Positions 62,557 to 64,000 of a stretch of DNA of 64,000 nucleotides are shown here, piece after piece (the stretch's first letter is position 1; the number at the start of each line of letters is the position of its first letter). The translations under genes were made by a program, and so were the position numbers. Under the pieces are notes generated by a model. It was given only the letters and a program-made list of their open reading frames with translations, made no database searches and was not told where the DNA came from. The DNA is from a virus (taxonomy: Duplodnaviria; Caudoviricetes). The stretch covers positions 23,766 to 87,765 of IMG/VR virus record IMGVR_UViG_3300016471_000834; one strand, written 5' to 3'.

Positions 62557-63795
62557 TCAAATCGTCCAGATCGTCGTTTGATGTGCTTCGCTACGCTTGG
62601 CTCGAGGAGACGACTTCCGAGCGGTTTTCTGCTCTCGCTCCCGAATCAGAGCCGCATACCGGCTCATAACCGCCCCGCCTTCTGTGTACCGCACCGGCCA
62701 CCCCATGATGGTCCCGACCTCCTGACGCACAGCGGCTATCTGTTCTGCCTCGCGCTCGGTAGGCATGACCTTGGGCCAGCCCTGGCGCCCGCCATCGTTC
62801 TCGAACAGCAGGTGCTCAGGAATAAGCGCCTCCGCAGCCTCGCGCCTGCGGGCGCGTTCCTTGGCCACTGAAATCTCCTGCTGGAGGTCCGCGGGGAGGA
62901 TGTCTCGAGCGATGTCCGAAAGCCAGCGCTTCCCCTGGAAGCTGAATGTGCTCACCAGCTCAAGGCGGCATTGAGCAACGATGGCCGGGTGGTTCCGCTG
63001 ATCCCGACAGGCAGCCTCCAGATCCGACTGGGCAGCCATGATACATGCACAGCAGCTATACCTCGAGGCTCCATAGACGCCATAGGCCTGCGGCAGCTCG
63101 TAGCCATGAGCTGCGTGAATGGCAAAGACATCAGGCGTCGACACCGTGACGATGGCATTCCAGTCTACGGACCCAATTGGCAATGCTGGCGTCTTGCCAG
63201 ACTCGCTTGAGTACATCTTGACCACCGGGGCCTTCGCTCTCCCGGTTTCCTTGCCGTTGGATTCGTCCCGGCGAATCCCCAGGACACAGACCACTGGCCT
63301 CGTCTGGTAGGTCTGCCTGATCCAGCGCTGAATCGGGGCCGTCTTCAGCTCGCTGGTACAGAACCTCATGCTCGGCGTCGACCATGGCAACAGCGTCTTC
63401 ACGAGCTCGAGCTCGCAATACCTTCTGACGTTGCTCTCCTGACGCTGCTGCCAGCGCTCGAGCAGGCCTCCGCTTGAGCGCCCGACCACCGTAAGCGGTA
63501 CGTTCAGATCCGTAGCCAGTTTGGAACACTGTTCCCTGGCGTCGTGCCAGGTCATAATGACGGGGCCGTTCAGGTCTGCATAGATGAGCCGGAACTCACC
63601 CCTGTGCCCGCGATTCCGGCAGTATTCCCGCACGGCGCGGGCCGCCAGGGAGCTGTCTTTGCCACCCGACACGCACACCAGCACTGAGGCCCCCGCATCG
63701 ATGAGCGCGTCCACGGCTGGGTCCGTTGAGACGTATTCATCCAGGTTTTTCAGGTCCGGCTGTGCGACAGGTCTGGCAAACAGCTCACTCTGCAC
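62557..63795 (-). CDS. PAPS-reductase-fold PP-loop enzyme (second copy)
   Basis: 'VSGGKDS', 'IYADL', 'RFCTSELKT.PI', 'LGIRRDES', 'YG.SR.SCCACI'; GTG at 63795 after AGGAGG. Confidence 0.82.
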   Translation of the reverse strand: MQSELFARPVAQPDLKNLDEYVSTDPAVDALIDAGASVLVCVSGGKDSSLAARAVREYCRNRGHRGEFRLIYADLNGPVIMTWHDAREQCSKLATDLNVPLTVVGRSSGGLLERWQQRQESNVRRYCELELVKTLLPWSTPSMRFCTSELKTAPIQRWIRQTYQTRPVVCVLGIRRDESNGKETGRAKAPVVKMYSSESGKTPALPIGSVDWNAIVTVSTPDVFAIHAAHGYELPQAYGVYGASRYSCCACIMAAQSDLEAACRDQRNHPAIVAQCRLELVSTFSFQGKRWLSDIARDILPADLQQEISVAKERARRREAAEALIPEHLLFENDGGRQGWPKVMPTEREAEQIAAVRQEVGTIMGWPVRYTEGGAVMSRYAALIREREQKTARKSSPRAKRSEAHQTTIWTI

Positions 63796-64000
63796 TGGTA
63801 TGCTCCTCCTGCACCGGTTCCGTTGCCATCTCCTCGACGGGCTCTGCTGGGAGTCGCTCGCGGGCGCGGGCCACCTCTTCACGCAGAAGTGCCGCTTGGC
63901 GCTCGAGCCGATCGGCATCGGCCAGCTTCACCGCGGCCCCCTGCTCAAAGGTGATGACTTCCCGGCCCTTCTCACGAAAGGCCATCCGCTCTGCCTCTTC
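63785..64000 (-). CDS. Hypothetical protein (probably partial at the right edge)
   Basis: Open frame from near the window edge ending at 63785. Confidence 0.4.
   Translation of the reverse strand, partial: EEAERMAFREKGREVITFEQGAAVKLADADRLERQAALLREEVARARERLPAEPVEEMATEPVQEEHTSAE

Noticed and set aside
1-64000. Diversity-generating retroelement, retron or IS element
   Set aside because: No reverse transcriptase (YxDD), transposase motifs, TR/VR pair or terminal inverted repeats were seen.

Overview
A 64-kb internal segment of a large (>64 kb), roughly 60% GC, tailed dsDNA phage or prophage with a contractile (myovirus-type) tail. Essentially every credible gene is on the minus strand, and many overlap via ATGA/TGATG junctions. 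In transcription order (right to left) it contains: (i) a DNA-modification/metabolism block (PAPS-reductase-fold PP-loop enzyme, Mom-like GNAT, DpdA/TGT-like transglycosylase, PD-(D/E)xK nuclease, SNF2 helicase, DEDD exonuclease, DarB-like methylase-helicase, DUF932); (ii) early modules of small ORFs behind AT-rich sigma70-like promoters, with a lysozyme-like gene, DUF488 and SSB; (iii) a packaging operon (MTase-GNAT fusion, ParB-like protein, two tandem small-terminase-like paralogs, TerL, portal with a C-terminal InPase-like domain); (iv) a ~13-kb block of about 30 small genes (Dam-family MTase, DUF1643, DUF3310, DndC-like enzyme, YkgJ) wedged between portal and head genes; (v) head genes (Mu F-like, XkdF-like protease, scaffold with an embedded 20-Cys copper-storage-like helical bundle, major capsid protein), neck, sheath, tube, a tail chaperone with a GGGTTTT -1 frameshift, and the start of the tape measure gene. 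The palindrome CTCGAG is strongly over-represented. I found no integrase, DNA polymerase, tRNA, CRISPR array or reverse transcriptase. All family assignments come from motif recognition by eye, not database searches.
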